Notes: a model not told the origin generated them from the sequence alone. DNA of 64,000 bases from Clostridia bacterium (GCA_017461985.1 JAFTSA010000004.1:262053-326052), one strand, 5' to 3'. Shown: positions 10,285-20,110, counted from the first letter of the stretch. Numbers and translations: made by a program.

Positions 10285-10575
10285 TTACCTCAAATTATCT
10301 AAGATTGCATTGCCAAGTCCACTGTCTGTTATGGCTATGGCAAGCACTTGGTCGCGATGAACGGCGTTTGAAATTCCGTCCATAACAAATGCAGGGATCT
10401 CACTGCACTTTTTCAGCAGTCTTTCCTTGTATTTGTCCGTTGCGCTTTCATCTATAAGAACTATGACACAAGAGTTCAGTCTTTCAGAGATTTTGTCTTC
10501 GCCGAGCAAAATCCTGCCACTGCGCATTGCAAGTCCAATATACGATTGAATTTTAGAGTTGATTTTTGAGTTCAT
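10285..10575 (-). CDS. L7Ae-family RNA-binding protein YlxQ
   Basis: IGLAMRSGRILLGED matches the YlxQ N-terminus. Start placed at the ATG at 10575 (checked in the DNA). Conserved nusA-ylxR-ylxQ-infB order. Confidence 0.8.
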   Translation of the reverse strand: MNSKINSKIQSYIGLAMRSGRILLGEDKISERLNSCVIVLIDESATDKYKERLLKKCSEIPAFVMDGISNAVHRDQVLAIAITDSGLGNAILDNLR

Positions 10576-10807
10576 CGTAAACTTCCTTTGCAACAGCACC
10601 TTTGAACGCGGCATTGAGTGCGAATTTCTTTATGCAAGCGTCAATGCACTTTTCATTGCGGTGCACGTATGCGCCTCTACCGTCCATCTTTCCGGTTGTG
10701 TCAATTTTCACACCATCACTTGTTTTTACAAGACGGATGAGTTCAGACTTGTCTGCATGTTCCTTGCACACACAGCACTTTCTTGTGTTTTTGGGATTAC
10801 TAGGCAT
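10553..10807 (-). CDS. ylxR: YlxR/RnpM family protein (DUF448)
   Basis: 84 aa. RKCCVCKEHADKSELIRLV and DGRGAYV motifs of DUF448. Lies immediately downstream of nusA. Confidence 0.85.
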   Translation of the reverse strand: MPSNPKNTRKCCVCKEHADKSELIRLVKTSDGVKIDTTGKMDGRGAYVHRNEKCIDACIKKFALNAAFKGAVAKEVYDELKNQL

Positions 10808-11882
10808 TCTCTTCCTCGGTCTTCAAAGTTGATGCGGGCTTGACGTCTATCTTCCAGCCAGTGAGTTTTGCAGCAAGACGTGCATTTTGACCGTTTCTGC
10901 CGATTGCGAGGCTGAGTTTTTCGTCGCTGACGATGACTCTTGCATGCTTTTCTTCTTCATTGATTGAAACCATAAGCACTTGTGCAGGAGAGAGTGCGCG
11001 TGCGATATACTCAATAGGATCTGCGCAGTATTCAACAACGTCGATCTTTTCACCGCCAAGTTCTTGGACGACTTCGTTGACACGGATACCCTTGTTGCCA
11101 ATGCATGCGCCCACTGCGTCCACGTTGGGATCTTCGCTGTAGACAGCGATCTTTGTGCGGAAGCCTGCTTCACGGACGCAACCTGCGATTTTCACGAGGC
11201 CTGCCTTGATTTCGGGGACTTCAAGCTCGAAAAGTCTTCTGACAAAACCTGCTGCTGAACGAGATACGATGACTTGTGCTCCCTTCAAAGTTTCACGGAT
11301 TTTCTTGACGTAAACTTTGATCATATCGTTGAGGTTGTAGGTTTCGGTGGGGACTTGGTCCACTTGCATCATGACGCCTTCCATTTGTGTTCCGCTGATT
11401 TCAACGTAAACGTTGTTGCCTTCCTTTCTGCGGACGATTGCGCCGACGATTTCACCTTGCTTTTCGTTCATTTCGTTGAGGATATATTCCTTCTTTGCAT
11501 CGTTCAAACGTTGCATGACAACTTGTCTTGCTGTTTGTGCTGCGATACGACTGAAATCCTTGGGAGTGATGTCTTCAACGATGACTTCGCCAACTTGTGC
11601 GTTTTCCTTGATTTCAAGTGCGTCTTCAAGTGAAATTTGGCTTGCTTCGTCTTCGACTTCTTCAACGATAAGACGGTGTGCGTAGACTTTGATTGTACCC
11701 TTTTCTTCATTGAGACGGACTGCGATTGTTCTTGATTCGCCAAATTCCTTCTTGTATGCGGATACAAGTCCTGATTCCAATGCTTCAAGCATAACTTCCT
11801 TTGAGATCTTGGTTGCTTTTTCAAGATCTGCAAGTGCGGGGAAGAAATCTGCAGTGAAGTCTTCTTTTACTTTCTTTGCCAT
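10800..11882 (-). CDS. nusA: Transcription termination/antitermination factor NusA
   Basis: 360 aa with S1 and tandem KH region text (GACIGNKGIRV, IGRNGQNARLAAKLTGWKIDV). Confidence 0.97.
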   Translation of the reverse strand: MAKKVKEDFTADFFPALADLEKATKISKEVMLEALESGLVSAYKKEFGESRTIAVRLNEEKGTIKVYAHRLIVEEVEDEASQISLEDALEIKENAQVGEVIVEDITPKDFSRIAAQTARQVVMQRLNDAKKEYILNEMNEKQGEIVGAIVRRKEGNNVYVEISGTQMEGVMMQVDQVPTETYNLNDMIKVYVKKIRETLKGAQVIVSRSAAGFVRRLFELEVPEIKAGLVKIAGCVREAGFRTKIAVYSEDPNVDAVGACIGNKGIRVNEVVQELGGEKIDVVEYCADPIEYIARALSPAQVLMVSINEEEKHARVIVSDEKLSLAIGRNGQNARLAAKLTGWKIDVKPASTLKTEEENA

Positions 11883-11891
11883 AAGGTCCTC

Positions 11892-12359
11892 CTAAAACCT
11901 GATATACGGTTGTATTTTTACGTTTGTTTTTGAGATTGTTATTTCTTTAGGGTTTTTGTCCCCTGTGAGAATTGTGAATGAGTTTTCGTCGTGAGAGATG
12001 AGTTTTCCGTGGCGTTTGCCCTCTTCGTCCTTGACTTCGATTTCGGTGTCAAGTGCTCTGCGGAAGTCATCCATTGTGACGATGGGACGATCAAGTCCTG
12101 ATGAAGACACGTTGAGGACGTATTCTTCGGGGAAAAGCTCCTCGTATTTGTCCATAATGGGGTCAAGTGCGTTGTGGACTGTTTCGCATCCGTTGAGGTC
12201 AACGCCGTCTTTTGACCAAATGAAGACCGTGAGATTGTATCTGCCGTATTCCTTGAAGTATTTGATTTCAACCACTTCATAGCCATTTGCTTCAACAACT
12301 TCGGTTATGGACTTTTCAATGAGTTCTGCGGCTTCTGCGCTTACAAATTTGTCTGCCAT
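11892..12359 (-). CDS. rimP: Ribosome maturation factor RimP
   Basis: 155 aa with YELVEIKY-type N-terminal block and SSSGLDRP. Directly upstream of nusA. Confidence 0.9.
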   Translation of the reverse strand: MADKFVSAEAAELIEKSITEVVEANGYEVVEIKYFKEYGRYNLTVFIWSKDGVDLNGCETVHNALDPIMDKYEELFPEEYVLNVSSSGLDRPIVTMDDFRRALDTEIEVKDEEGKRHGKLISHDENSFTILTGDKNPKEITISKTNVKIQPYIRF

Positions 12360-12379
12360 TTTAACTCCTTATAATGAGA

Positions 12380-12403
12380 AGAGTGAACCTTTCGGCTCAC
12401 TCT
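12380..12403 (-). promoter_or_regulatory. 10-bp GAAA-tetraloop hairpin in the rimP-nusA leader, just 5' of the Shine-Dalgarno
   Basis: The minus strand reads AGAGUGAGCC GAAA GGUUCACUCU, followed by UCUCAUUAUAAGGAG and the rimP ATG. A TTGCAA-17-TAATAT promoter lies about 70 nt upstream. Confidence 0.5.
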
Positions 12404-12546
12404 ATCTAGCGTTTACTATTTAGCATAGTGATATTAACATATAAAAATACTTTTTGCAAGCAAAATTGATGATTATTTTTGACCTAAATATAAAATATTT
12501 ATGTGCAAAGTCAAAATCATCAAGGATTTTGCCGATTTTGCTCTAT

Positions 12547-14130
12547 TTATGACAATCTTTTTGCAAGGACTTTCAACAGTTCCGCCGTGGCATACACGTC
12601 TGCGATTGCGCGGTGCGCGTTTTCGTGAGAAATGTTCAAGTTCTTTGACAAACTGCCAAGGTCAAAACGTTTGAATTCCTTGAGGTGTTCTCTTGCAAGA
12701 AGCAAGGTGTCCACCAAGTCGTTGTCAAATTTGTAGCCCTCTTCTCTTGCATACTTTTCAAGCAAAGGATAATCGTAGCCAGAAATGTTATGACCTACAA
12801 GAACTGCATCTCTTGTAAACTTGAAGAAGTCAGGAAGAACCTCTTCAAATTTGGGTGCAAACTTGACCATTTCGTTTGTGATTGAAGTGAGGTCGGTTAT
12901 GAAATCTGAAATGAGTTCATTGGGTTTGACAAAAGTTTGGAAGACCTCTGTGAGTTTGCCGTTTACCATTTTCACTGCAGCAAGTTCAATTGGCTCAGCA
13001 GTATTGATATATTTGTCGGTTGCCTCAAAGTCAAAGATGACAAAAGTCTTGTCTTTCAAGAACTCAGGCACAACCACTTCACCTGCAAACAAACTGTCTT
13101 GAGAAATGGTGTTGTAAGGTGTCGGGAGCACCTTGTTGTACTTTGCAGGGCAAGGCTTGTTTTGAACCGTTTGAATTGAATCGAATTGGATAGAACACCT
13201 AAAAATGCCGTCAAGGGTGTATGACAATGCTCCGTTGTAAGTGGAGATTGACACGTTGCCAACGCAGATGACTTCTTCCCCTTCATTCAGTGATTTCAGT
13301 GCTTCAACGTCGTTTTGTCTAGGGAAACAAACACATTCAATTTTTGCCGTCGTGTCGTCTATTATGCACCTAAACATAGGCTTCATTTCAGGCTCACGGG
13401 AATTGGGGTCGTCAGGATTGTACTTCTTGTTTTTGAATTCTCTATGTTGAATTCCACTGATTTTTCCACAAAGAACAACGTTTTCAGCAGGATTTTTGAT
13501 GTCACAAATGTAGTTGGGCATTTGATTTATGCCACTGATTTTGCCTCTTGCATACACTTTGTCGCAACCATCGGTTTTGATGAGTCTAAATGATTGTCCT
13601 GTTGTAAAGGTACGCTTAGGCATTAGGTCCTCTGCCTTGATATTTTCAGGGTCAACCACTCTTTCTATGTAGGTGACTTCAACTGTGCCGTTGAAGGATT
13701 CATCAAGATACTCCTTCAATTTCACGTCGGATTCCTTAGATTTCAAAATCAAGTATGTAGGGCTGTCAAATGTTATTTTTACAATGATTTCATTGTCTTC
13801 AACGGTGACAGAAACATTTTCATCACCAAGAAATTTGAAAAGCATTTGCTCATATTTGTTGAAATACTCGTAGATTTTGTTGGTGACAACCGTTTTGTCT
13901 GCATAAGTGCGGATATACGTAACGTTAATGTTGATGCCGGGAAAAATTTCCTCAACAACCTTTTGCACCTCTGCCTTTTTCTTGTCATCATAGAATTTTG
14001 AATCAAAAGCGGAGATGATGAAACGCACGTCAAGGGAGTGCTTTTCTCTATAATAAGTTGCTGAATTGAACTTCAATTCAGGAAAAGCACCATCTGATTT
14101 TGTCAAAAACTCTTCAAAGAACTTTGTCAT
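12547..14130 (-). CDS. PolC-like N-terminal/OB-fold protein fused to a DEDDh 3'-5' exonuclease, with no polymerase or PHP domain
   Basis: 527 aa. ExoI FVIFDFEATD, ExoII LVGHNISGYDYPLL, ExoIII HRAIADVYATAELL. Upstream is an OB-like segment (VVLCGKISGI...IECVCFPRQNDVEALKSLNEGEEVICVGNV). It occupies the polC slot between ispG and rimP. Confidence 0.75.
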   Translation of the reverse strand: MTKFFEEFLTKSDGAFPELKFNSATYYREKHSLDVRFIISAFDSKFYDDKKKAEVQKVVEEIFPGININVTYIRTYADKTVVTNKIYEYFNKYEQMLFKFLGDENVSVTVEDNEIIVKITFDSPTYLILKSKESDVKLKEYLDESFNGTVEVTYIERVVDPENIKAEDLMPKRTFTTGQSFRLIKTDGCDKVYARGKISGINQMPNYICDIKNPAENVVLCGKISGIQHREFKNKKYNPDDPNSREPEMKPMFRCIIDDTTAKIECVCFPRQNDVEALKSLNEGEEVICVGNVSISTYNGALSYTLDGIFRCSIQFDSIQTVQNKPCPAKYNKVLPTPYNTISQDSLFAGEVVVPEFLKDKTFVIFDFEATDKYINTAEPIELAAVKMVNGKLTEVFQTFVKPNELISDFITDLTSITNEMVKFAPKFEEVLPDFFKFTRDAVLVGHNISGYDYPLLEKYAREEGYKFDNDLVDTLLLAREHLKEFKRFDLGSLSKNLNISHENAHRAIADVYATAELLKVLAKRLS

Positions 14131-14157
14131 ATGTCACCTATAATATCTAATCAATGA

Positions 14158-15204
14158 TTAGATAAATTGTTCAAGCAGAGCCATAAACTCTTGCATAAGT
14201 ATTTCGCTGGGCACGGTTTTGTAGATTTCACCATTTTTCAAAAGCACGGATTTTTCCTTTCCACCGGCAATGCCGAGGTCACTGCCCTCGCCTTCGCCGA
14301 TGCCATTCAAAGGACAGCCCATAACAGAGATTTTAAGGGGTTTTGTCACGTGGGCGGTCAATCTTTCAACCTCTTCTGCAAGGCCTTGCACGTCGATTTC
14401 TGTGCGTGCACAAGTGGGACAAGACACAACTTCTACTCCGCTGTTTCTAAGGCCTAGGGCGCGTAATATTGCCTTGCCTGCATAAACTTCTTCAACAACG
14501 GGTGCGGACAATGAAACTCTAATTGTGTCACCGATGCCTTCTTCAAGAAGTGTGCCGATGCCAATTGAGGACTTGATAAGTCCGCTCTTCAGTGTGCCTG
14601 CCTCGGTGACGCCAAGGTGCAAAGGATAATCGCATACTTTTGCAAGTTTGCGGTTGGATTCAATCATTGTGAGGACGTTTGAAGCCTTGATTGCTACGAT
14701 AATATTTGAAAAACCAAATTTTTCAAAGGTGTCTGCAGTTGAAAGCGCGCTTGCGACAAGAGCGTCATCTTCGCTCATGCCCTTGAATTGCTTGTCAAGA
14801 CTGCCTCCATTTACGCCAATGCGCACGGGCACATTGTAATCGTTGAGAATTGCAACGAGATTTTTTATGTGCTCACCGTCAGTTGCCATATTGCCGGGAT
14901 TCATGCGGAGTTTTTTTGCTCCTGCTTTCACGGCAAGTTCTGCAAGTTTGTATGAGTAATGGACGTCTGCAATAAGAGGCAAACCACAGCGGTCGGCAAT
15001 GACCTTGAATGCCTCTGCGGACTTCTCGTCAGGCACGGCAAGACGGATAAGGTCGCAACCAGCGTTTTTGAGGTCTGCTATTTGTTGCAATGAGCCTTCA
15101 ACGTCGGTGGTTTTTGTGTTGAGCATAGATTGCACCGTTATGGGTGCATTTCCGCCGACTTTTATATCCCCTATGCTTATTTCTCGTGAGTATCTTCTTA
15201 TCAT
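14158..15204 (-). CDS. ispG: 4-hydroxy-3-methylbut-2-en-1-yl diphosphate synthase
   Basis: GGNAPITVQSMLNT, DLIRLAVPD and C-terminal cysteine ligands (VSCPTCART, MGCPLNGIGE). Confidence 0.95.
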   Translation of the reverse strand: MIRRYSREISIGDIKVGGNAPITVQSMLNTKTTDVEGSLQQIADLKNAGCDLIRLAVPDEKSAEAFKVIADRCGLPLIADVHYSYKLAELAVKAGAKKLRMNPGNMATDGEHIKNLVAILNDYNVPVRIGVNGGSLDKQFKGMSEDDALVASALSTADTFEKFGFSNIIVAIKASNVLTMIESNRKLAKVCDYPLHLGVTEAGTLKSGLIKSSIGIGTLLEEGIGDTIRVSLSAPVVEEVYAGKAILRALGLRNSGVEVVSCPTCARTEIDVQGLAEEVERLTAHVTKPLKISVMGCPLNGIGEGEGSDLGIAGGKEKSVLLKNGEIYKTVPSEILMQEFMALLEQFI

Positions 15205-15240
15205 AATCTTTATATTAACTCGTTAATATACTTTTCTTCG

Positions 15241-16524
15241 TTATCCGTTGACTAGGTGGAATACGTCTAGGAAAACCACTAGCAACAGCATCAAAACAAG
15301 ACCTATTGTGTGGATTATGCCCTCTATCTTTCTAGGCACAGGTTTGCGGAATATCATTTCTATTGCGGTGAACACCATACGTGAGCCGTCAAGTGCAGGG
15401 ATAGGCAAAAGGTTCATAACTGCAAGGTTTGCTGATATGATTGCCACAACGTACATAAAACTGCCAAATCCTTGTGAACTGACTTCTGCAATCGTTTTGA
15501 CAACGGTTATAGTTCCACCTGCGCTCTCTAAGCCGATTTGACCTGTGATAAGTGCGCCTAGTGAAGCAAGGATTTTGAACACTATGAAGAAAGCAAATCC
15601 AAATGCACGGGAGAAAGCCAAGAAGAAATTAAGCTTTTGTTGGGTTATGGAATAAGATATTCCATAGCCGTGTCTTGTTTCACTGACTTGGAATTCATTG
15701 CCGTCTGCATCTTTTTCTGTTGCTTCGTAGTGATAATCGGTGCGGTGTGCGGTGAATTTGATGATTTCGCCATTTCTTAAAACCTTGAATGTTGCGCTAT
15801 CGTCAAGGTCACTGAACACTGCTGTCACGTCATCGGGAGTCATAATGTTTACTTGTTTGCCGTTGACTGCAAGAATCACGTCCCCTTCAACAAATTGTTG
15901 CTCGTAGCCATAAAGTTCGTGTGTGTCCACAACCATGGGCAAAATTTGTCCGTATGCGGTGAAATAGATGGTTATGATGACAATTGAGCTCAAAAAGTTG
16001 AAAAATGCGCCAGAAAACAGCACGATAAGGCGTTTCCATGCAGGATGGTCATTGAAATACGGACCTTTGACAGGTTCGTTCAAATATGAAAGCACGCCCT
16101 TTTTGCCGTCGGTTGCCACTGCGCTGTTGACGTTTGAAGGGATTTTGACACCTTCTGCGGTCACTGCCGTGTCCTTGACAATATATGCGAGGATGCCGTC
16201 TTTACCGTTTTTTGCTACGCTTTGATTGACGTAAGGATTTTCCTTGTCTGCGCCCTCTTGGTCTTCACCATGAAATGCGCAAAAACCGCCTACGGGAATA
16301 GGACGGATTGAGAAAACTTCCCCATTCTTTTTATTTTTTCTTTTGAAGATGGCAGGTCCAAAACCAATAGAAAACTCGTCAATGCGAAAACCCAGCATCT
16401 TACCCGCTAGATAATGTCCACTTTCGTGGATGATTATCATCAGCATAAGGGCGAGGATTGCCACAATGATGAATCCAATATATTTGAAAACTTCTCCTGC
16501 CGATGCAGCCAAAAGGTTGATCAC
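15241..16524 (-). CDS. rseP: RIP metalloprotease RseP (M50 site-2 protease)
   Basis: HESGHY zinc motif in TM1, an internal PDZ-like segment, and NLLPIPALDG. GTG start overlaps the dxr stop by 1 nt. Confidence 0.9.
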   Translation of the reverse strand: MINLLAASAGEVFKYIGFIIVAILALMLMIIIHESGHYLAGKMLGFRIDEFSIGFGPAIFKRKNKKNGEVFSIRPIPVGGFCAFHGEDQEGADKENPYVNQSVAKNGKDGILAYIVKDTAVTAEGVKIPSNVNSAVATDGKKGVLSYLNEPVKGPYFNDHPAWKRLIVLFSGAFFNFLSSIVIITIYFTAYGQILPMVVDTHELYGYEQQFVEGDVILAVNGKQVNIMTPDDVTAVFSDLDDSATFKVLRNGEIIKFTAHRTDYHYEATEKDADGNEFQVSETRHGYGISYSITQQKLNFFLAFSRAFGFAFFIVFKILASLGALITGQIGLESAGGTITVVKTIAEVSSQGFGSFMYVVAIISANLAVMNLLPIPALDGSRMVFTAIEMIFRKPVPRKIEGIIHTIGLVLMLLLVVFLDVFHLVNG

Positions 16525-17672
16525 TATTTTGCTCCTATGGAATAAGTATATTTTCTTGCTTCGGTGTCTATGCGTGTGACGTCGTCAAGGTTGACGTTGC
16601 CGATTTTCTCAAATTTGCTCAGTACTTTTTCAAGTTTTGTGGGAATATCGGTCAGTTTAATCTTGTATTTGAGATATTGCTCAACAAGGACTTCGTCCGC
16701 GGCAGACACTGCAATACAAGCGCCGTCACCCTTCTTTGCCATTTCTCTTGCAATTGAAAGGCAGGGGAATTTGTCGTAGTCGGGTGCTTCAAAGGTCAGT
16801 GAGCCAACTTCAGTAAGGCTCAGTGATGACACACTGTTTGTGTTTTTCTCGGGATAGTACAATGCTCTATCGATTGAAAGAGTGATGTTGGGGGTTGAAA
16901 GCAAAGCTTTCATACTGTTATCACTGAATTCAACCAGTGAGTGAATTATACTCTCACGGTGTATTACAACGTCAATTTTGTTTTCAGGCACTTCAAAAAG
17001 ATGCATGGCTTCAATGATTTCAAGTCCTTTGTTGAAAAGAGTTGCTGAATCAATTGTTATCTTTTTGCCCATTTTCCAAACGGGGTGTGAAAGTGCTTGT
17101 TCAGGAGTGACTTTTGCAAATTGTGATTTGGGTACGTCACGAAGTGCACCACCGCTGGCTGTCAAGATGAGTTTCTTGATATATTTGTCGTTTTCACCTT
17201 CAAGGCAACTTGCAATTGCGGAGTGCTCCGTGTCAAGAGGGATAATCTTTCCGCCGTATTTCTTTTCAAGAGCCTTCAAGTGTCTGCCTGCAGCAACTAT
17301 GCTCTCTTTGTTTGCGATTGCAAGAGTGCCACCGCGTTTCAACACTGCAACCGCAGACCAAAGTCCTGCAATGCCACTGACTGCAGAAACGACGATATCC
17401 GCAGGAATTTCAGCAAGTTCTTCAAGTGAGCCAAGGCACTTTGTGTTTTTTTCGTCTTCAAGGAAATCAAAAAGTGAACTTTGCACTTCAACTGCACCAC
17501 CGGGGAAATAATAATGGGTGGGGTTGAACTTGGTGATTTGTTGACGGAGAAGATTTTCGTTTGAATATGCCGAAAGCCCGACCACCTTGAAGCGATCGGG
17601 ATGTTTTGCGATTGAATTTAGCACCTGGACACCGACTGCCCCTGTGCTTCCAAGAATTGTGACTGTTTTCAT
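16524..17672 (-). CDS. dxr: 1-deoxy-D-xylulose 5-phosphate reductoisomerase
   Basis: ILGSTGAVG N-terminus, LANKESIV, PLDTEHSAI and HPVWKMG blocks. Confidence 0.95.
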   Translation of the reverse strand: MKTVTILGSTGAVGVQVLNSIAKHPDRFKVVGLSAYSNENLLRQQITKFNPTHYYFPGGAVEVQSSLFDFLEDEKNTKCLGSLEELAEIPADIVVSAVSGIAGLWSAVAVLKRGGTLAIANKESIVAAGRHLKALEKKYGGKIIPLDTEHSAIASCLEGENDKYIKKLILTASGGALRDVPKSQFAKVTPEQALSHPVWKMGKKITIDSATLFNKGLEIIEAMHLFEVPENKIDVVIHRESIIHSLVEFSDNSMKALLSTPNITLSIDRALYYPEKNTNSVSSLSLTEVGSLTFEAPDYDKFPCLSIAREMAKKGDGACIAVSAADEVLVEQYLKYKIKLTDIPTKLEKVLSKFEKIGNVNLDDVTRIDTEARKYTYSIGAK

Positions 17673-17722
17673 TTTGACCTACAATATCAAAGATATTGGT
17701 TGTTATTTTCTATTTAGTTGGT

Positions 17723-18673
17723 TTAGAAACCGAAAATGCAAAGCATTGCGATTGTCACGATGACAAGGCTGAAAGTTATGCTGTCAAGACGGTCCATAAT
17801 TCCACCGTGACCGGGGAAGATTTTGCCGTAGTCCTTGACGCCGATTGCACGCTTGATTCTTGATGCGGCAAGGTCACCAAGTTGACCGAATACTGCGCCA
17901 ACAAGACCGATTGCAAGATAGATCAGTGCGCTCTTCCACTCCCAGCCACTCACTGTATGAGGAATGAAAGGTGTGTATGCTTGTCCACTGGGGGCAACAC
18001 CGACAACGCTGAAATATTCAAATATTGTCCAGAAGATGATTGCCACTGCCATACCGCCGACAAGACCGCCTACTGCTCCGGCGATAGTCTTTTTAGGGCT
18101 GATTTTGGGACAAAGTTTTTTGCCTTTTATCATTGAGCCAAACCAGTATGCAAAGGCGTCACATCCGCAAGGCATAAAGACGGCAAGCATAATGGTGAAC
18201 ACTGCGTAGTATTTGTATGAGAGTCCCCAGGCAAGTGCCATAAACAACACGGGATACACTAAGATGAATACGTTTGCAAACAAATCCTTGATTTCGCAGG
18301 CTTTTTTAAGTTCACCTTCGGTGAGTTCGTTTTCACCACCTTTTGCAGGACGGAAAGTGAATTCTATGAGTGCTGCCATCACTGCAACCAGCAAAACGCA
18401 AAGCAATGCAATGAATCCTACGTTTGACGTGGGGCTTGTAAAGTGATTTGCAAGATAAAATGCAGGATATCCAGCGGTCAGCACAATGACTGAGGGGGCG
18501 ATGAAGGTTTTGTAGCCTGCTGATCTAAAACAATGATGCAGTTCATACAATGCCCCAGCTGTGAAGATAAGCACAAGCATGTCAACGAAAATTGCGCTGA
18601 CGTAGTGTGAGGCAAGGATGACGCCAATGATCATTGCTGCAAGAGCAAGGCCGGTGAGAGTTCTTTTCAACAT
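17723..18673 (-). CDS. cdsA: Phosphatidate cytidylyltransferase
   Basis: Polytopic membrane protein with the C-terminal SRIKRAIGVKDYGKIFPGHGGIMDRLDS signature. Start set to the ATG at 18673 (MLKRTL...). Confidence 0.9.
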   Translation of the reverse strand: MLKRTLTGLALAAMIIGVILASHYVSAIFVDMLVLIFTAGALYELHHCFRSAGYKTFIAPSVIVLTAGYPAFYLANHFTSPTSNVGFIALLCVLLVAVMAALIEFTFRPAKGGENELTEGELKKACEIKDLFANVFILVYPVLFMALAWGLSYKYYAVFTIMLAVFMPCGCDAFAYWFGSMIKGKKLCPKISPKKTIAGAVGGLVGGMAVAIIFWTIFEYFSVVGVAPSGQAYTPFIPHTVSGWEWKSALIYLAIGLVGAVFGQLGDLAASRIKRAIGVKDYGKIFPGHGGIMDRLDSITFSLVIVTIAMLCIFGF

Positions 18674-18758
18674 AACAAACCTATGTTGCTTGACTAGGAT
18701 TAAATTTTCATTAATCTTGCGCGCTTGCGCGGCGCGCAAAGAAAAAATCCTTCAAGCA

Positions 18759-19412
18759 TTACGCACCAAAGGTGCGTTTTCTTTTTTCAAATAATTCAAT
18801 GATTTTATCCACGTCAGTTTCATCCATATCAGGCCAATTTTTGACGAGGAAAATAAGTTCCGCGTAAGCGGCTTCATATAGCATAAAATTGCTCAGTCGC
18901 ATTTCACCACCTGTGCGGACAACGCAGTCCAAAGGAGGCAAATGTGAGCTTGCCAGTGCTCTTTCAAAAGTTTCTTTTGAAAATCTGCCGTGAGAAAAGC
19001 ATATTTCTGCTGCATGAAGAAGGTCGTCACGACCACCATAGTTGAAACAAATGTTCAAAACAGTGCCGGGATTGTCCTTTGTTCGATCTTCAATTTCACA
19101 GATGCTGTCTTCAAGATAATCAGGAAGCATGGCAATATTGCCTGAATAAGTGATTTTGGTGTCGCCGTCATAAGTGCGGTTGAAGGTGTCAACCACCTTG
19201 AATATTGCTTCCTTTTCGCTGTCTGGTCTTGCCCAGTTTTCAGTTGAAAAGGCGTAAACAGACACTGCTTCTACCCCTCTTTCCTTACATCTTGAAATAA
19301 CACGACGCAGGGCTAAAAGCCCTGCGGGATATCCGTCAGCACGGGATAGGCCTTGTGCCGTGGCCCATCTGCCGTTGCCGTCCATAATAAAACCAATGTG
19401 TCGAGGTGTCAT
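18759..19412 (-). CDS. uppS: Undecaprenyl (isoprenyl) diphosphate synthase
   Basis: HIGFIMDGNGRWA, FSTENWARP and RTGGEMRLSNFMLY. The ATG at 19412 overlaps the frr stop (TAATG). Confidence 0.95.
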   Translation of the reverse strand: MTPRHIGFIMDGNGRWATAQGLSRADGYPAGLLALRRVISRCKERGVEAVSVYAFSTENWARPDSEKEAIFKVVDTFNRTYDGDTKITYSGNIAMLPDYLEDSICEIEDRTKDNPGTVLNICFNYGGRDDLLHAAEICFSHGRFSKETFERALASSHLPPLDCVVRTGGEMRLSNFMLYEAAYAELIFLVKNWPDMDETDVDKIIELFEKRKRTFGA

Positions 19413-19987
19413 TAGATTTCGAGGATTTCTGCTTCTTTGTTCTTGCACATCTTTTCCAGTTCTTCAACTGCCTTTGCAAGAGCCTTGTCCACGTCTGCTG
19501 TGAAATCTTTGAGGTCGTCTTCTGTGATGTCAGATGACTTTTCAAGTTTCTTCAATTCATCGATTGCATCACGACGTGCGTTGCGGAGGACGACTTTGGT
19601 GTTTTCGCAACCAGTTTTGATGTCCTTGACCAATGCTTTTCTTCTTTCTTGTGTAAGTTCGGGAAAAACAAGGCGAATCACGATACCATCGTTGTTGGGG
19701 GTGACGCCGAGGTTTGCGGCGAGGATTGCCTTTTCCACGTTTTTGAGTTGTGATTTATCCCAAACAGAGATGACGATCAGTCTTGCTTCAGGGACTGTGA
19801 TGTTTGCCATCTTGTTCAGTTGGGTGTCAACACCATAATAGTTGACGAAAACTCTGTCGAGAAGGTGAGGGTTGGCACGTCCTGCTCTGACCATTTTGAG
19901 TTCGTTTTCATAATTGTTGGTGGTTTTTGCAAATTTTTCTTGCATATCGTCGAAAATCATATCGACGAGATCAATTCCGTATGACAT
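19412..19987 (-). CDS. frr: Ribosome recycling factor
   Basis: 191 aa. RAGRANPHLLD, ITVPEARL and LTQERRKALVK family text. Confidence 0.97.
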   Translation of the reverse strand: MSYGIDLVDMIFDDMQEKFAKTTNNYENELKMVRAGRANPHLLDRVFVNYYGVDTQLNKMANITVPEARLIVISVWDKSQLKNVEKAILAANLGVTPNNDGIVIRLVFPELTQERRKALVKDIKTGCENTKVVLRNARRDAIDELKKLEKSSDITEDDLKDFTADVDKALAKAVEELEKMCKNKEAEILEI

Positions 19988-20084
19988 AAAATTGCCTCCT
20001 AGTTTTATATGGGATAATTATACCAAAGTATAATTAAAAAATCAACACATTTTATTTTTTCGCGACACTTATTAAATAATAAAT

Positions 20085-20110
20085 AAAAGAACGGAAATTT
20101 CCGTTCTTTT
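20085..20110 (-). terminator. Symmetric hairpin terminator between pyrH and frr
   Basis: AAAAGAACGGAAATTTCCGTTCTTTT: perfect 8-bp stem flanked by A and T runs. Confidence 0.7.
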
